Below, in pieces: positions 10,140 to 23,774 of a stretch of DNA of 64,000 nucleotides. The DNA lies in assembly GCA_964016885.1 (NCBI GenBank), contig OZ024740.1:163928001-163992000 (forward strand), read 5' to 3'. The notes under the pieces were generated by a model. It worked only from the letters and a program-made list of their open reading frames with translations, did not search any database and was not told the origin of the DNA. How positions within the stretch are numbered: position 1 is the first letter of the stretch; each line of letters opens with the position of its first letter. Made by a program: the position numbers and the translations under genes. Origin of the DNA: Eledone cirrhosa. Its lineage: Eukaryota.

Positions 10140-13100
10140 TTTCTGCCTGACGCGTGGAACATCGCCGGTAAGATTTTTTATAAATTTATATACGAAAAAG
10201 AGAACAAATTGTTTGAAAAAACATATTTTTTTGTAGATTAACCTCCAAGCTGAATTGTCAGCTAAATTTAATTTAAAAATTGTTTTTAAAATATCAAATT
10301 TTGCAAACTATAAAATATGAATAACACGAAGGGAACGCTGGAGAACGTCAATAGAGAAAAGAGAGAGAAAGAGGCAGATTTTAACGTTATATCAGCTTCT
10401 GCTACTATGGACGTCGTCATAGATACAACTGTCAACAAAGAGGAAAAAATGTTACCACTCGAAAATTGTACAATTTCTACCGTCGAAGCGGAGAAAAATA
10501 ACACTAACTCACATGAAAACACAGAAACATACATGCACATGAAAAATACATCAACAACTCCACAGATACATCTACACTTAATGTTTCACCTCGTCAAGGA
10601 ACTGAGATTTCCAACACCGAGGCTAACAACGATAACAACAACAACCACAGCAACACCACACACAAAAAAGAAAATGCCTTTCGCTGAAACTGAACAAAAA
10701 ACAAGATTTTATAAATCTTGACATCTCCAATGCAAGAGATATGCTCCAGCAAGGGAGAAAATTTGTAACTTTCGAAGAGAAAGGTGGATTTAGAATGAAC
10801 TCACCCCTTGAAATAAAGAAAGACACCGTTCGAAGATCAGTCACCTTTAGGACTGTGTCCAATTCCACGGGAAAGCCGATATTTGTTAGTCAAGTAGATA
10901 CTTTCAAGTAGCGACTCTCAAGGAAATTCTAGCAAATATCCATTTTCTCCAACGAGGAAAACAGTACGGAAGTGTTTCAGTACTGTTTAAAAGCGAGGCA
11001 CTCGCCCTAAAATATTCTGTGACACCAATGGCGTCAAAAGCATTCACCTTTTTTCCTACATACATGGGAAAAAGGACACAAAAAATAAAAATAAAAAATA
11101 TACCCCCAAACATTAACATCTGGTGGATCTTGGCTGGCTTCGTAGAGCCAGAAACTGATATGATTCTTTCGATACGAAAGTCTATTCGACAAAGGTGAGC
11201 GGGTACTGATTTGGAGATTCTGTTGCAAATGAGGCCAGAGAGAATCTCCAAAATACCCGAAAGAGTCGTCATCGATGATAACAACAAAATAAACATTTCG
11301 GTAGAAGGACGAAAATTTCATTGCTTTCGCTGTGGTAGCACAGCACACCTAAAAGCCTCTTGTCCTTCACAAACACACAACAACAACATCATTAAAAAAA
11401 CACTATTACCAACACCAACACCAAAACAACAACCACCATCACAAGTACAACGACAGACGAAACGAGCAACCACACCAAAACAAACAGACACTCAACCAAC
11501 AAAAACAGAAAAAACAGAGACAACACTCCTGAAGAACACAGCCCCACCTCATCCCACTCCATCAAACACTACCACAAACACACACACCGAAACACCACCA
11601 CCACACAACATACCCCTACCCCACACACCTGACGATGATTATTCATCGACGGATGAAGCTGCTTCTCCTTCTTTAAGTGAAGAAGAGGGAGAGCTTCGGA
11701 AATCTAAAAAACAAAAAAAAGAGACACCACAAAACCCCCAAAACTCCAATCACCAACACAAACACACAACCACAGACACAAACAACACCACAGTCAAACA
11801 TCCCCCTATCAGCAAAACCAGCACCAACACCACCTCAAACACAAGCACCCACCATAAAAAGAAAACTCGCGGACGAACAACAAACTAAAACAACACAACA
11901 AAAACACAAACAACAATACGCATACATCAACACAAACAACAAGAATTTGATGGAGGTCATCTCCCAACACCCCAAGGTGGAGACGGAGGGCAAAACTTCC
12001 GTCAAGGCAGAATCGTCTCCACACCTTAAACTTATAAGGGTTTCTATGGAAACCTATAATTACCTAAAAAATAAATTTTCACAGACGTGGGCAACCCCTG
12101 CCAGAAACCCATCAACCGCGTCCTGTTAAAATGTTTCCCCACCCCACCGAACACCCCATCCAGCACCCAAATGGAGATTGAACAACCCGATCTCCAGGAA
12201 ACGAAAAGGTAAGTGCACCTTTCGCCCTTTTTCTCCAACTCTTCTTCACCAACATGACTAGTTTACGAATTGGAACCGTGAATGTGCGTGGCCTAGGGAT
12301 GCCCTGGAAACAGGGCCAACTTTTAAACGACCTTAGGTCACATGGTATGGATGTGATAGCCATCACCGAGTCCAGGATCCACAACAGGTAGCAACTAACC
12401 CCCATCTTCAACGACTTTGAGATCTACGCATCTCTCTGTCAGCCAGGAGGTGGGGGTGGAGTGGTTGTCATGTTTCGGAAGAACCTCGACGTCGAAGTAC
12501 AGCAAGTACACATGGACCCGGAGGGTAGACTGGTAGTCCTAGACGTGAACAGAATTGGAGGTGGAGCCTTCAGACTGGTGGCCGTTTACGCAATCACGGC
12601 CAGACTTCTTTAAGCGTCTAGAGTCCTTTCTGGGAACGTCTCGCTCCTTACTTTTAGTGGGGGACTGGAATGCACAATGGGACTATGTGGGAGCATGTCC
12701 CAATAGAGCGGGGTGCAACAGCCTCAAAACTTTAATCGGCCAATTCCAACTGGCCGATAGGTATCGACTGGATTTCCCGACTGCACCACAGTGGACGTGG
12801 GCAAACAGCAGCGGGACATCTAGATCGTATTTAGATAGGTTCTTCATTAGAGAAAGGGACAAGGAGATGTTAAGCTGTCCACGAATGCACATGGTTGCCT
12901 ATTCAGATCACAAATTAATCGTCTGCTTAGTCAACCGTGATAGAACATACAAACAAGGACCCGGATACTGGAAGCTAAACGTGTCGTTGCCGGTACGTAA
13001 AGCTTAAAGTGAACGGATAAGTAGACTAGTCAAGCAACAGTTAACAGGAGCCATCGTCAACAATAGATCGTGGTACTCTCTCAAGAAAGCAATTAGAATC

Positions 13101-15885
13101 GAATCGATAGGGTTTAGCAGAGAGTTAGCCTTAGAGAAAAACAAACTAGAAAGAGAACTAATAGCCAAGGTAGAAGAGGCACTTAGAAGTGGTAATGCGG
13201 CTAGAGTGTTAGTGTCGAGAACGGCACTGGACCAGTTCTTCGATGCGAAACATGAAGGCTGCGTGGTCAGAAGCAAAACATGTGCTCTAGGAAATGAAGG
13301 AGCGAAAGCTGTCAGCTGGGCCCAAGTGGCGGAGGAAAAAAGTGGCAACAAGTCCACGATTCGGTCTTTGAAAGATCAAACGGACGCGTGCTACTTGACC
13401 CCAAGCAAATGTGCGCGGCCTTTCAGCGGCATTTTGCACGACTGTTTGAGCAGAACGACGGTGAGCCGAGCGGGGCAATGGACTTTAGTTCATACCTCGA
13501 CGGCCTGCCGCGTCTCTCGAACACGGACGCCGAGTTCTGCGATAGACCAATCACGGACACTGAGATACGGGACGCTCTGGGCCGCTGCGGGAAACGCAAG
13601 TCACCCGATCTAGATGGTCTACCCTACGAATTTTACATAGGCATGCCGGACTTGTTCTCTGGCGTCCTCGAAGCCGTCTACTGCAATTGGCAGCAGAACG
13701 GGAGAATTCCCAGTTCTGCAGGCAAGGGCGTAGTAACGCTGATCAGGAAAGACGAGAACAAGGGGGACGAAATTAACAACTTCAGGCCCATAACTCTGCT
13801 CAACACAGAGTTAAAGATTTTGGTCAAGGTGCTAGCGACGAGGTTGGCGCTGGTCTTCGAGAACCTGGTAGGGAAAGCGCAAACGTGTGCAATCCCGACC
13901 AGGTCTATACACGACAACCTCCACCTCATGCGATACATCATAGAGAGGGTGGGTAGTAAACCCGGCTTCGGTGGGGCTCTGATCAACTTGGATCAGTCTA
14001 AGGCATTCGATAGGGTCGACTATCGATACTTGGAAGCGGTTCTCAAGGCGGCCGGTTTCGGACCCGTGTTCAGAGGCTGGATCGAGGCGATGCACACCAG
14101 CATCTGCTCGAGGGTCAAGGTGCCGTTCGCAATCACGCGTTCCATTCGACAGGAGTGCCCTCTCTCCTCCATTCTGTATGTATTGACTCTAGAGCCACTA
14201 CTGCGGAAACTGGAGCTGTTGCAGGGCATCCCTCTAGAACCGGGACTGCGCAAAGCGGCGTCGGCTTATGCCGACGACGTGACGGTAATGGTGTCGAGCA
14301 CCTCGGAAATCGGGGTGATCGGCAACTTACTGAAAGAATACGAAACGCTGACGGGAGCAAAACTAAACCCGGACAAGTCTGTCGGTTTGCAACTCGGTAC
14401 GTGGAGAGGCAAACCGATGACGTCCGACAGCGTCGTTGGACGCTGGACAGACGGACCGGTGAAATTGCTCGGGGTCTGGTTCGATCCAGACCTCCAGGTG
14501 GAGAAAAACTGGAACGAGGTCACGGCCAAGGTGTTTGCGCTCACCCAGAAGTGGGCAGAGTGCAAACTGTCCTTGAAAGGTCGAGCGGAGGTGGCGAACA
14601 CTTTCATAGCGTCCGTCATCTACTACCGCTTGACTGTCGTGCCTTGTCCCCGTGAACACCTCGCCAAGATGGAACGCATGTTCTTCCAGTTTCTGTGGAA
14701 GAAGCAGGCTCCGCTGGTGAGGAGATCCGTCTGCTGTCAGCATCCTTCCAACGGAGGGCTGGGAATGCCGTGGCTGATGATGCGCAAACATGCGCTGAGG
14801 CTGCGGCATCTCCAGGTATTCCTCACCGACCCCCAACCGGTGTGGGCGCCGTTTATGAGACAGGCTTTCCCACAGCTCGTCTCGCTGACGGAGCTGCAGT
14901 CCTGGGTCAAGAAAAGACCGAAAACGATGGGCGCCTGGCACATTGAATGCGCTCAGGCGCTCACAGTCCTCTGGCAAGCGGGCGCAGCAATCAGTGGAGA
15001 CTCCACTTCGACATTCTATAGAGGGATTGTACGTTACAAGGGCGACGACGTGCTCGCAGAGACTCTGGGCGTCGAAGACGATGAGTTCACCAGTCTGTTT
15101 GGTAGGACTTTCCGCCCGGGACCTATGGACAACTTCCAGAGGTCCCTGGCCTGGCAGTGCTACCGAGGAGCTCTACCGGTTCGTGACAAGATCTACAGGC
15201 ACGGACGCCCTGGCAGGGATCCTTCCAAGAGGACGTGTCCAAGATGCGCGCAGGACATTGAAACAGTCCTGCACGTAATTGTACACTGCCCGGGCGTAAC
15301 CGACCTGTGGAACTATGCAGAACAACTGTTGTCGCGTATGGGACAAATCCAGTTGACTGCCGAGTCCATAGTAAGGATCAAACCGCCAACCTCTTTCAAA
15401 AACGAAAGAGAGGCGGTTTTCCTCTGTACGGTGGCTATGGTGAAAGAAGTTATATGGTGGACGAGGTTGAGAGGACTGAAGACAGATGCCTTTCTCTCCG
15501 GACAACAATTGATTCCCTTCTTTAAGTATCAATTTAGAAGGAGAATCAGAGTGGAGAGAGAGGCACTGGACCCCAGTAAATTTACTGAAAGGTGGGTGAA
15601 TGAAGCGAAAATGGCCCGAGTGATTGGGCCTTCTCTGTTTATAAGCCTGTAGGTTGAGGAAGAGAGCAAAAGGAAGAAAGGAGCACTTGCACAACACGCT
15701 CCTCGAGTTGAGGGTTGTTCTATCGACGGGGTATTAAACAACCCATTTGTGGCGCCTCCCCCCTATTGGGGATTTCGATTGTTGAAATTGTTTGTTTTTA
15801 TATTTTTTACACGACTGTATGTAAAATCCCCGGCATGTCTTTGTATTGTCCCCTTTCTTGTTGCGCCCTTGTGGCTAATAAAGAA

Positions 15886-15886
<1 letters not shown>
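10140..15886 (+). mobile_element. Tx1/L1-clade LINE copy 2 (subfamily A), full length, degraded
   Basis: Closely similar to copy 1. ORF1 10317-12212 and ORF2 12254-15652 carry frameshifts and stops. The 754-aa ORF 13388-15652 has RT plus C-terminal CPRC...H...C. Confidence 0.92.
12254..15652 (+). pseudogene. LINE ORF2 (APE-RT-CCHC), disrupted in its 5' third
   Basis: APE region broken by stops and small deletions. RT and CCHC lie in ORF 13388-15652. Confidence 0.88.
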
Positions 15887-15950
<64 letters not shown>

Positions 15951-16461
15951 CAAAGCGCCACCCTCCTTCAAAAACGAAGGGGAGGCGGCTTTCCTTTGTG
16001 TGATAGCTATGGCGAAAGAGGTTGTATGGTGGACAAGGTTGAAAGGGCTGAGGTCAGACACCTTTCTCTCCGGCCAACAACTGATTCTTTTTTTCAAATA
16101 CCACTTTGGAAGAAGAATCAGGATGGAGAGAGAGGTGTTGTACCCCAGCAAGTTTTATGAAAGGTGGGTGAAAGTGGCGAGAATGGTTCGAATGAATGGG
16201 CCTTCTCTCTATATCAGCCTGTAGGTTGAGGAAAAGGAGGAGGAGAGGAAGGGAGTACAAACTCTTCGTACTCCTGGAGATGAGGGTTGCACATTTTTTT
16301 CGGGGGTATGTGTTACCCATATAAACTGTCTCCCTCTATTGGGGAAAATCGACTAACTTTTTAAATTCCATTTGTGATAACATTTTACACGTTTTTATTG
16401 TATGTAAACTTCCCCCTTTGTATTTGTCCCCTTCTTTTGTGCCCCTGTGGCTAATAAAGAA

Positions 16462-16462
<1 letters not shown>
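15951..16462 (+). mobile_element. 5'-truncated Tx1 LINE copy 3 (ORF2 C-terminus + 3'UTR)
   Basis: Encodes ...PPSFKNEGEAAFLCVIAMAKEVVWW...GPSLYISL*, ends AATAAAGAAA, and has (TCTA)n on both sides. Confidence 0.9.
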
Positions 16463-16526
<64 letters not shown>

Positions 16527-16902
16527 CAAACCGCCACCCTCCTTCAAAAACGAAGGAGAGGCGGCTTTCCCTTGTGTGATAGCTATGGCGAAAGAGGTTG
16601 TATGGTGGACAAGGTTGAAAGGGCTGAGGTCAGACACCTTTCTCTCCGGCCAACAACTGATTCTTTTTTTCAAATACCACTTTGGAAGAAGAATCAGGAT
16701 GGAGAGAGAGGTGCTGTACCCCAGCAAGTTTTATGAAAGGTGGGTGAAAGTGGCGAGAATGGCCCGAGTGAATGGGCCTTCTCTCTATATCAGCCTGTAG
16801 GTTGAGGAAAAGGAGGAGGAGAGGAAAGGAGTACAAACTCTTCGTACTCCTGGAGATGAGGGTTGCACATTTTTTCGGGGGTATGTGTTACCCATAAAGA
16901 AA
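16527..16902 (+). mobile_element. 5'-truncated Tx1 LINE copy 4 (same 5' breakpoint as copy 3; 3'UTR deletion)
   Basis: Near-identical to 15951-16320. Most of the distal 3'UTR is deleted at an ATAAA microhomology. (TATC)n on both sides. Confidence 0.9.
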
Positions 16903-16928
16903 CATATCTATCTATCTATCTATCTATC

Positions 16929-19900
16929 TCGGAGAAGATAGACGTGTTTTTGTTTCGCTCCTGCATTTTGTCGGAATTCATTACGAGAAGCGAAGCGGTA
17001 GGTCTGTTTAAGTAATTTGTTATTTGTTGTGTTTAACCTCTCGCCTGGGCCTGCAGACGTTGGGTAAAATAAATTTCGCCCCCTTTTGGGGCGAAATTTA
17101 ATAGTTATAAGTTGTCGATAAAAAGTTGCTTAGTGACAATGGACCCATTAATACGACGCATACCACGCCCCCCCCCAAGGAAAGTGATAGATAGAAGGTA
17201 GCAGCACAACGCTATAAGCCTCCCTCCTCACTCCTGCAAAAGACACCACGGAATCAAAAGAAAAATTTGTGGAAATGGGTGAAAATCCCAAAAGTAACAA
17301 TTACACAAACAAGAACAACAATGACAATAACAACACAACCAACAACAGCAACAATAACAATAACAACACAACCAGCAACAGCAATAATCACAACACCAAC
17401 AAAGGAAAAAAGCAAGCCAACACGAACAACAACAATGATAACAACACGAAAGAAAACGGACCCACAGCTGCAGTCACTTTCGCACAGGCAGTCCGAGAAA
17501 CGCAGACATACAAGGCACTGGAGATCTCGAATGCCAAGAAATTGCTGAAAGAAGCAAGGAATTGTGTAAATTTTGGGGAAGGTGGGGAATTCACAATTAT
17601 CTCCCCCGAAGAAATTAGAAGGGACACAGTCCTCAGGACTGTAATCTTTAGGACAGTTTCGAACACGATTAGGAAACCGGTTCAATTGTCCCAAAGCGAA
17701 ATTGAGCTGGTCCTAAGTAGTGCCTGGAAGGATATCGCTTTCATACAGAAAGGGAAACTGTATGGAAGCATATCTGTTTTAATGCAAGATGAATTGGCGG
17801 CACGGAAATATTCTGCGTCGCCAATTGTATCCAATGCATACACCTTTTCCCCCACATATTTGGGGAAAAGAACTCCAAAGATAAGAATCTCGGGCATCAG
17901 GCCAAATGCGAGCATTTGGTGAGTGCTAACGGGATTCTTAGAAGATGAGGACACAATCCTTTCGATAGGCGAATCCACCGGGGGCGTATTCCGCGACAAT
18001 AGCCTTGAAGTTATGGTCCAAATGAGACCAGAACGGATAACAAGAATACCGCAGCGTGTGTCCCTGGATGGAGTCGCCTTCATAAACATTTCTGTTGAGG
18101 GCAGGCGGCCTTCATGTTACCACTGTTCAAGAAGTGGTCACCTGAGGGCTTCCTGTCCCCTTTTAAATGCCCCCCCCCCAAAGACGCTTCTGCCCACCCC
18201 ACACACAACAACACAACCACCACCACCACCACCACCACCACCACCACCACCACCACCACCACCACCACCACCACCACCACAACAACAACAACACGAAAAA
18301 ATAACAACACAAGACATTGTCCCACCCAACCCCTACCCACCTAAAACAAATACAAAAGCAACCACAACAAAACCCCAAAATATACCCCTCCCTCACAACA
18401 CGGACGAGGACCCCTTATCAACGTCACCCAGTGACGACGAGGGAGAACCCTTTCAACCTGTAAAAAGAAAGAAAAGAAGGCACCACATCAACAAAAATGC
18501 AACAAACACACAACCACCAGCACAAACAGAACAAACATCACAAACAAAAAAACCCACCCCTCCCCAAAACATAACACATACTACAAAACGCAAACACACA
18601 CAAGAACAACAAACAAAAACAAACACAACACAACAAAAACAGTATACATACATCAACACAAACAACAAAACACTTGTGCAAACAATAGACAAAGACCCTT
18701 CAGTGGAAACCGAAGGGAAAATGTTCACCAACGCGGCGACTAACCGCATTTAAAAATGATTAGGGTCCCAAGGGACACCTACGCAATGCTCAAACAGAAC
18801 TTTTCCGAGGACGTGGGGAACCCTTGTACTAGACCTAGCAACCGCGTCCTCTTGAAATGCTTCCCCACCACCACCCCAGACACCCCTCCTCCACCAAATA
18901 CTCCCACCCCACCACACACTGATATTCCCATCACATCCCAAACCACCACCCCACCAAACAACCCCGCCGACACCCCCATGGAAATTGTGCAGCCTGGTCC
19001 CCAGGAGAAGGACAGGTAAGTGTCTTTTCCTTTTTCTCCACTCTAAACTCTTCACCACCAACATGGCTGTTATAAGAGTTGGATGTTTAAATGTGCGCGG
19101 CCTGGGGATGTCCTGGAAGCAGGGCAAACTCTTAAATGACCTCAGGTAGCACAGAATGGTTGTGATAGCTATTTGCGAGTCCAGGATCAGCAGCGAGCAC
19201 CAACTGGCCCCAATCTTCGACGACTTTGGGATCTATGCATCTCTCTGTCAGCCGGGGGGTGGGGGCGGGGTGGTCGTTCTGCTGCGAAAACACTTGGGCC
19301 TCGGAACACGGAAGGTACACCTGGATCCGGAGGGTCGACTGGTGGTTCTAGACGTAGGGAGTAGTGAAGGTGGAGCCTTCAGACTGGTGGCAGCGTATGC
19401 CCCATCTGGGACACCGCGACCGGACTTCTTCCAACGCCTAGAGACTTTTTTGGGAACGTCTCGCTCCTTGCTTTTAGTGGGGGACTGGAATGGTATCCTG
19501 GATGCACGTTGGGACTATGTAGGGGCATGTCCCGATAGAGGGGGGAGGGGTGTAACAGCCTCAAACGGTTAATCGGCCGATTTGATCCGGCCGATAGATA
19601 TCGATTAGATTTTCCGACTGTGCCACTGTGGACGTAGACTAATATTAGCGGAACATCTAGGTCGTACCTAGATAGGTTCCTAGTTAGAAATAAGGATAGG
19701 GACATATTAAGCTGTCCACGAATGTTCATGGTTGACTATTCGGATCACAAGTTGGTGACCGGAGTGGTCAACCTTGATAGAACCCATAGACAAGGACCCG
19801 GTTACTGGAAGCTAAACTTGTCCTTACCGACAAACAAAGCTTACAGTAAGCGGATTAGCACTCTAGTTAAGCAGCGGTTGACGGGGGAAATTGTCAACAG

Positions 19901-22702
19901 CAGGTGGTGGGACTCTCTCAAGAGAGATATTAGAATAGAATCGATAGGTTTTAGTTAGGAATTAGCATCAGATAGGAATAGAACTGAAAGGGAATTGATA
20001 GATAGAGTAGAAGAGGCGATTAGGAGGGGCAACGTGGCCGGCGTGCTGGCGTCAAGAACGGCCCTAGACCAGTTCTTTGACGCGAAGCACGAGGGCTGTG
20101 TTGTCAGGAGTAAAATACGTGATCTGAGTAACGAGGGGGCCAAAGCTGTTAGCTGGGCCTGAGTGACAGAGGCAAAAAGTGGAAACAAGTCCACGATTCG
20201 GTCTTTGAAGGACCAGGATGGACGCGTGACCCTTGAACCTGGGCGGATGTGCGCGGCCTTTCAATGGCGCTTTGCACGACTGTTCGGGAGGGGCGGTGGG
20301 CCGGGTGAGGCCATGGATTTCGGTCCATACCTCGACGGTCTGCCGCGGCTCTCGGACGGGGAGGCTAAGTCCTGCGAAAGGCCGATTTCAGCCGCTGAAA
20401 TAGGGGAAGGGCTGAGCCTATGCGGCAAACGAAAATCTCCCGGTCTCGATGGTCTACCATACGAACTTTATGTAGCGATGACGGACTTGTTCTCCGATCT
20501 TCTCGAGTCGGTCTATTGCAACTGGCAACAGAACGGGAGAATTCCCAGTTCTGTGACCAAGGGCGTAGTCACGCTGGTGAGGAAGGACGAGAACAAGGGG
20601 GATGACATAGATAACTTCAGGCCCATAACTCAGCCCTAAACACAGAGTTAAAGATTTTGGCCAAGGTGTTAGCGAAGAGGTTGGCGCTTGTCGTCGGGAA
20701 CCTGGTGGGAGAAGCGCAGACATGCGCAATCCCGTCTAGGTCCATACACGACAACCTCACCTCATACGATACATCGTAGAAAGGGTAGGGAACGAACCCG
20801 GCTTTGGTGGGGCCCTCAGCAATTTGAATCAATCTAAGGCGTTCGATAGGTTCGACCATCGGTACCTGGATGCGGTGCTCGCGGCGGCAGGCTTCGGACC
20901 CGTTTTCAGGGGATGGATTGCTGCAATACACAGCAGCAACACCTGCTCGAGGGTCAAGGTGAATGGCTACATCTCGGAGCCGTTCCAAATCGCGCGATCC
21001 ATCCGACAGGGATGCCCTCTCTACTCCCTTCTGTATGTGCTGGCTCTCGAGCCACTACTGCGGAAGTTGGAGCTGATGCAGGGCATCCCGTTGGAACCGG
21101 GATTGCGGAAAACGGTGTCGGCCTACGCCGATGACGTGACAGTAATGGTGTCGTGCGCCTCGGAAATCGGGCAGATCGGTACCTTACTGGAGGAATACGA
21201 AAGGTTTACAGGAGCCAAGCTGAACCGGGACAAGTCCGTCGGTTTTCAACTCGGAACGTGGAGAGGCAAACCGATGCCCTCCGACGGCGTCGTCGGACGC
21301 TGGACGGAGGGACCGGTGAAGCTGCTCGGGGTCTGGTTCGGACGAGGTAACGGGCAGGGTGTTTTCACTCACCCAGAAGTGGGCCGAGTGAAACTATCCC
21401 TGAAAGGTCGAACGGAGGTGGCGAACACTTATATAGCGTCCGTCATCTACTACCGCTTGACCGTCGTGCCTTGCCCAGCGAAAACGCTCGCAAAATGGAG
21501 CGCGCGCTCTTCCGATTCCTTTGGAAGAAGCGGCCCCCTTTGGTGAGAAGATCCATCTGCTGTCAACACCCTTCGAAAGGAGGGCTGGGGATGCCGTGGC
21601 TGACAATTCGTAGACACGCATTAAGGCTGCGGCACCTTCAGGTATTCCTCACCCGTCATCCGGCGTGGGCCCCTTTTGTGAGGCGAGCCTTCTCGAGACT
21701 CGTCTCACTCACCGAGCTACAATCCTGGGTCAAGCAAAGACCGAGAAAAGTGGTCGACTGGCACATTGAATGTGCCCAGGCGCTCACGGCCCTCTGGCAA
21801 GTGGATCCGGCAATCAGTGGAGATTCAACCTCAACATTCTATAGAGGGTTGGTGTGCAGCAAGTGCGACGACGCTCTCGGAGAGGCTCTGGGCATGGAGG
21901 AAGACTGTTCGGTAGGACATTTGGCCTGGGACCGATGGACAACTTCCAAAAGTCCCTGGCTTGGCAGTGCTACCGAAGAGCTCTACCCGTTCGGGACAAG
22001 CTCTACAGACACGGGTGCCCGGGTAGGGACCCCTCGAAGAAGATCTGTCCGAGATGCGTGCGTGCGTGACGAGGAAACCGCATTTGTACACTGCCCGGGC
22101 GTTGCTGACCGTGGGGCTATGTGGAACGACTACTGTCGCGGGTGGGACCAATCCGGTTGACCACCGAGTACATTGTCACGATCAAATCGCCTCCCCCTTC
22201 AAAAACGAAGGAGAGGCGGTTTTCCTCTGTGTGATAGCTATGGCGAAAGAGGTTGTATGGTGGACGAGGTTGAAAGGGCTGAGGTCAGACACTTTTCTCT
22301 CCGGTCAACAACTGGTCCTTTTTTTCAAGTACCATTTTAGAAGAAGAATCAGAATGGAGAGAGAGGTGCTCTACCCCAGCAAGTTTTATGAAAGGTGGGT
22401 GAAAGTAGCGAGAATGGCCCGAGTGAATGGGCCTTCTCTCTATATCAGCCTGTAGGTGAAAGAGGAGAGGAAGGAGGAGAGGAAGGAGGAGAAGAAGGAG
22501 GAGAGGAAGGGAGCACCCGCTCTTTGTGCTCCTGAGGAGGAGGGATACACAATTTTTTCGGGGGTGTGTGCGATCTCTATTGAGGACTTCGATTATTGAA
22601 TTTGATTTTTATATGTTTTTACACGTCCCTTGAAATGTATGTAAACTCCCCCTCTTGTATTTGTCCCAATCTTTGATGCCCTGGTTGCAAATAAATAGAA
22701 AG
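16929..22702 (+). mobile_element. Tx1/L1-clade LINE copy 5 (subfamily B), full length, degraded
   Basis: Distinct 5'UTR. ORF1 ~17139-19019 (CYHCSRSGHLRASC knuckle, poly-Pro from CCA repeats) and ORF2 19063-22455 with many stops and frameshifts. Followed by (TATC)~4. Confidence 0.9.
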
Positions 22703-22784
22703 TTATCTATCTATCTATGGGCATCCTTATTCATACGTACACATACCCACACTCACTCACACACACCCAGACACACATATACAA

Positions 22785-22871
<87 letters not shown>

Positions 22872-23006
22872 ACTTTCTCTCTCTCTCACACACACAGAAA
22901 AACACTTTTCCCCCTAATTTTTTCAGAAGTTATGATTGTTACTACAATCTCCGAAGGTTCGTATTAAGTCAAATCCTCTCTACCAAAAACAAACGTATAC
23001 ACACAT

Positions 23007-23039
<33 letters not shown>

Positions 23040-23041
<2 letters not shown>

Positions 23042-23092
23042 CATACATGCATGATGGCTGCCCCCTCGTTATCGAGTATGGCCATTGCATGA
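23040..23092 (-). mobile_element. 3' tail of RTE-clade LINE ending in (TATG)n
   Basis: The motif tcgtgcaatggccatactcgataacgagggggcagccatcatg(tatg)n recurs at 24640-24675, 25030-25072 and, on the + strand after the RTE body, at ~36186-36235. Confidence 0.6.
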
Positions 23093-23774
23093 TATAACAT
23101 TATTAATAATTATCAATTAAACTATCATGCAATGCCTGTGCGCGAAGATATTTTTTTTAAGTGAGGAAAGACTGTACACTGAGCCAATCCCATTCTCTGA
23201 GCGACAGTAGCTCAAACCCGAAAAGAAGAAAAGATCAACATCATCGGTCTGAGCTTTATTTCAGAGTTATCCCAGTTATTTATTTCAGAGTTATCCTGAG
23301 TTGCCTTCTCCTAAAAGAATGCCCTGACAAAGGCTAGGGGTCCTTCACTCCCAATGGTTTAACCGCGCGATCGGGTATCCAGCCCGATTATTTCTATGTC
23401 ACGCGCATATATACACATATGTATACATGTATATTATGGCTGCAAACTCTGCTAAGAGTATTTCAATCGCTTGTCAGATTACAGAGTTTGGTGCACTTTT
23501 AGGCTACGGCCAGCCACACAAACCTGTAACATATCCTGAACAAGCAATGCCTGTGCTTTGAAGGTTTTTAAGTGGGGAAAGGCCTTGCACTCGACCAATC
23601 CCACTTCCTGAGCATCGAAAACACTACTCGAAAAGGAGAACTGGTCAACATCATTGGATTCTAACGAAGCCGCAGGTTTTTTTTCAGAGTTTCTCTCTCC
23701 TAGAAAGGTGTTGTGACAACAACTGGGGGACTTTCACTCCCAGGTGAAAAAAAACACATTAAAAAAACTACTAT

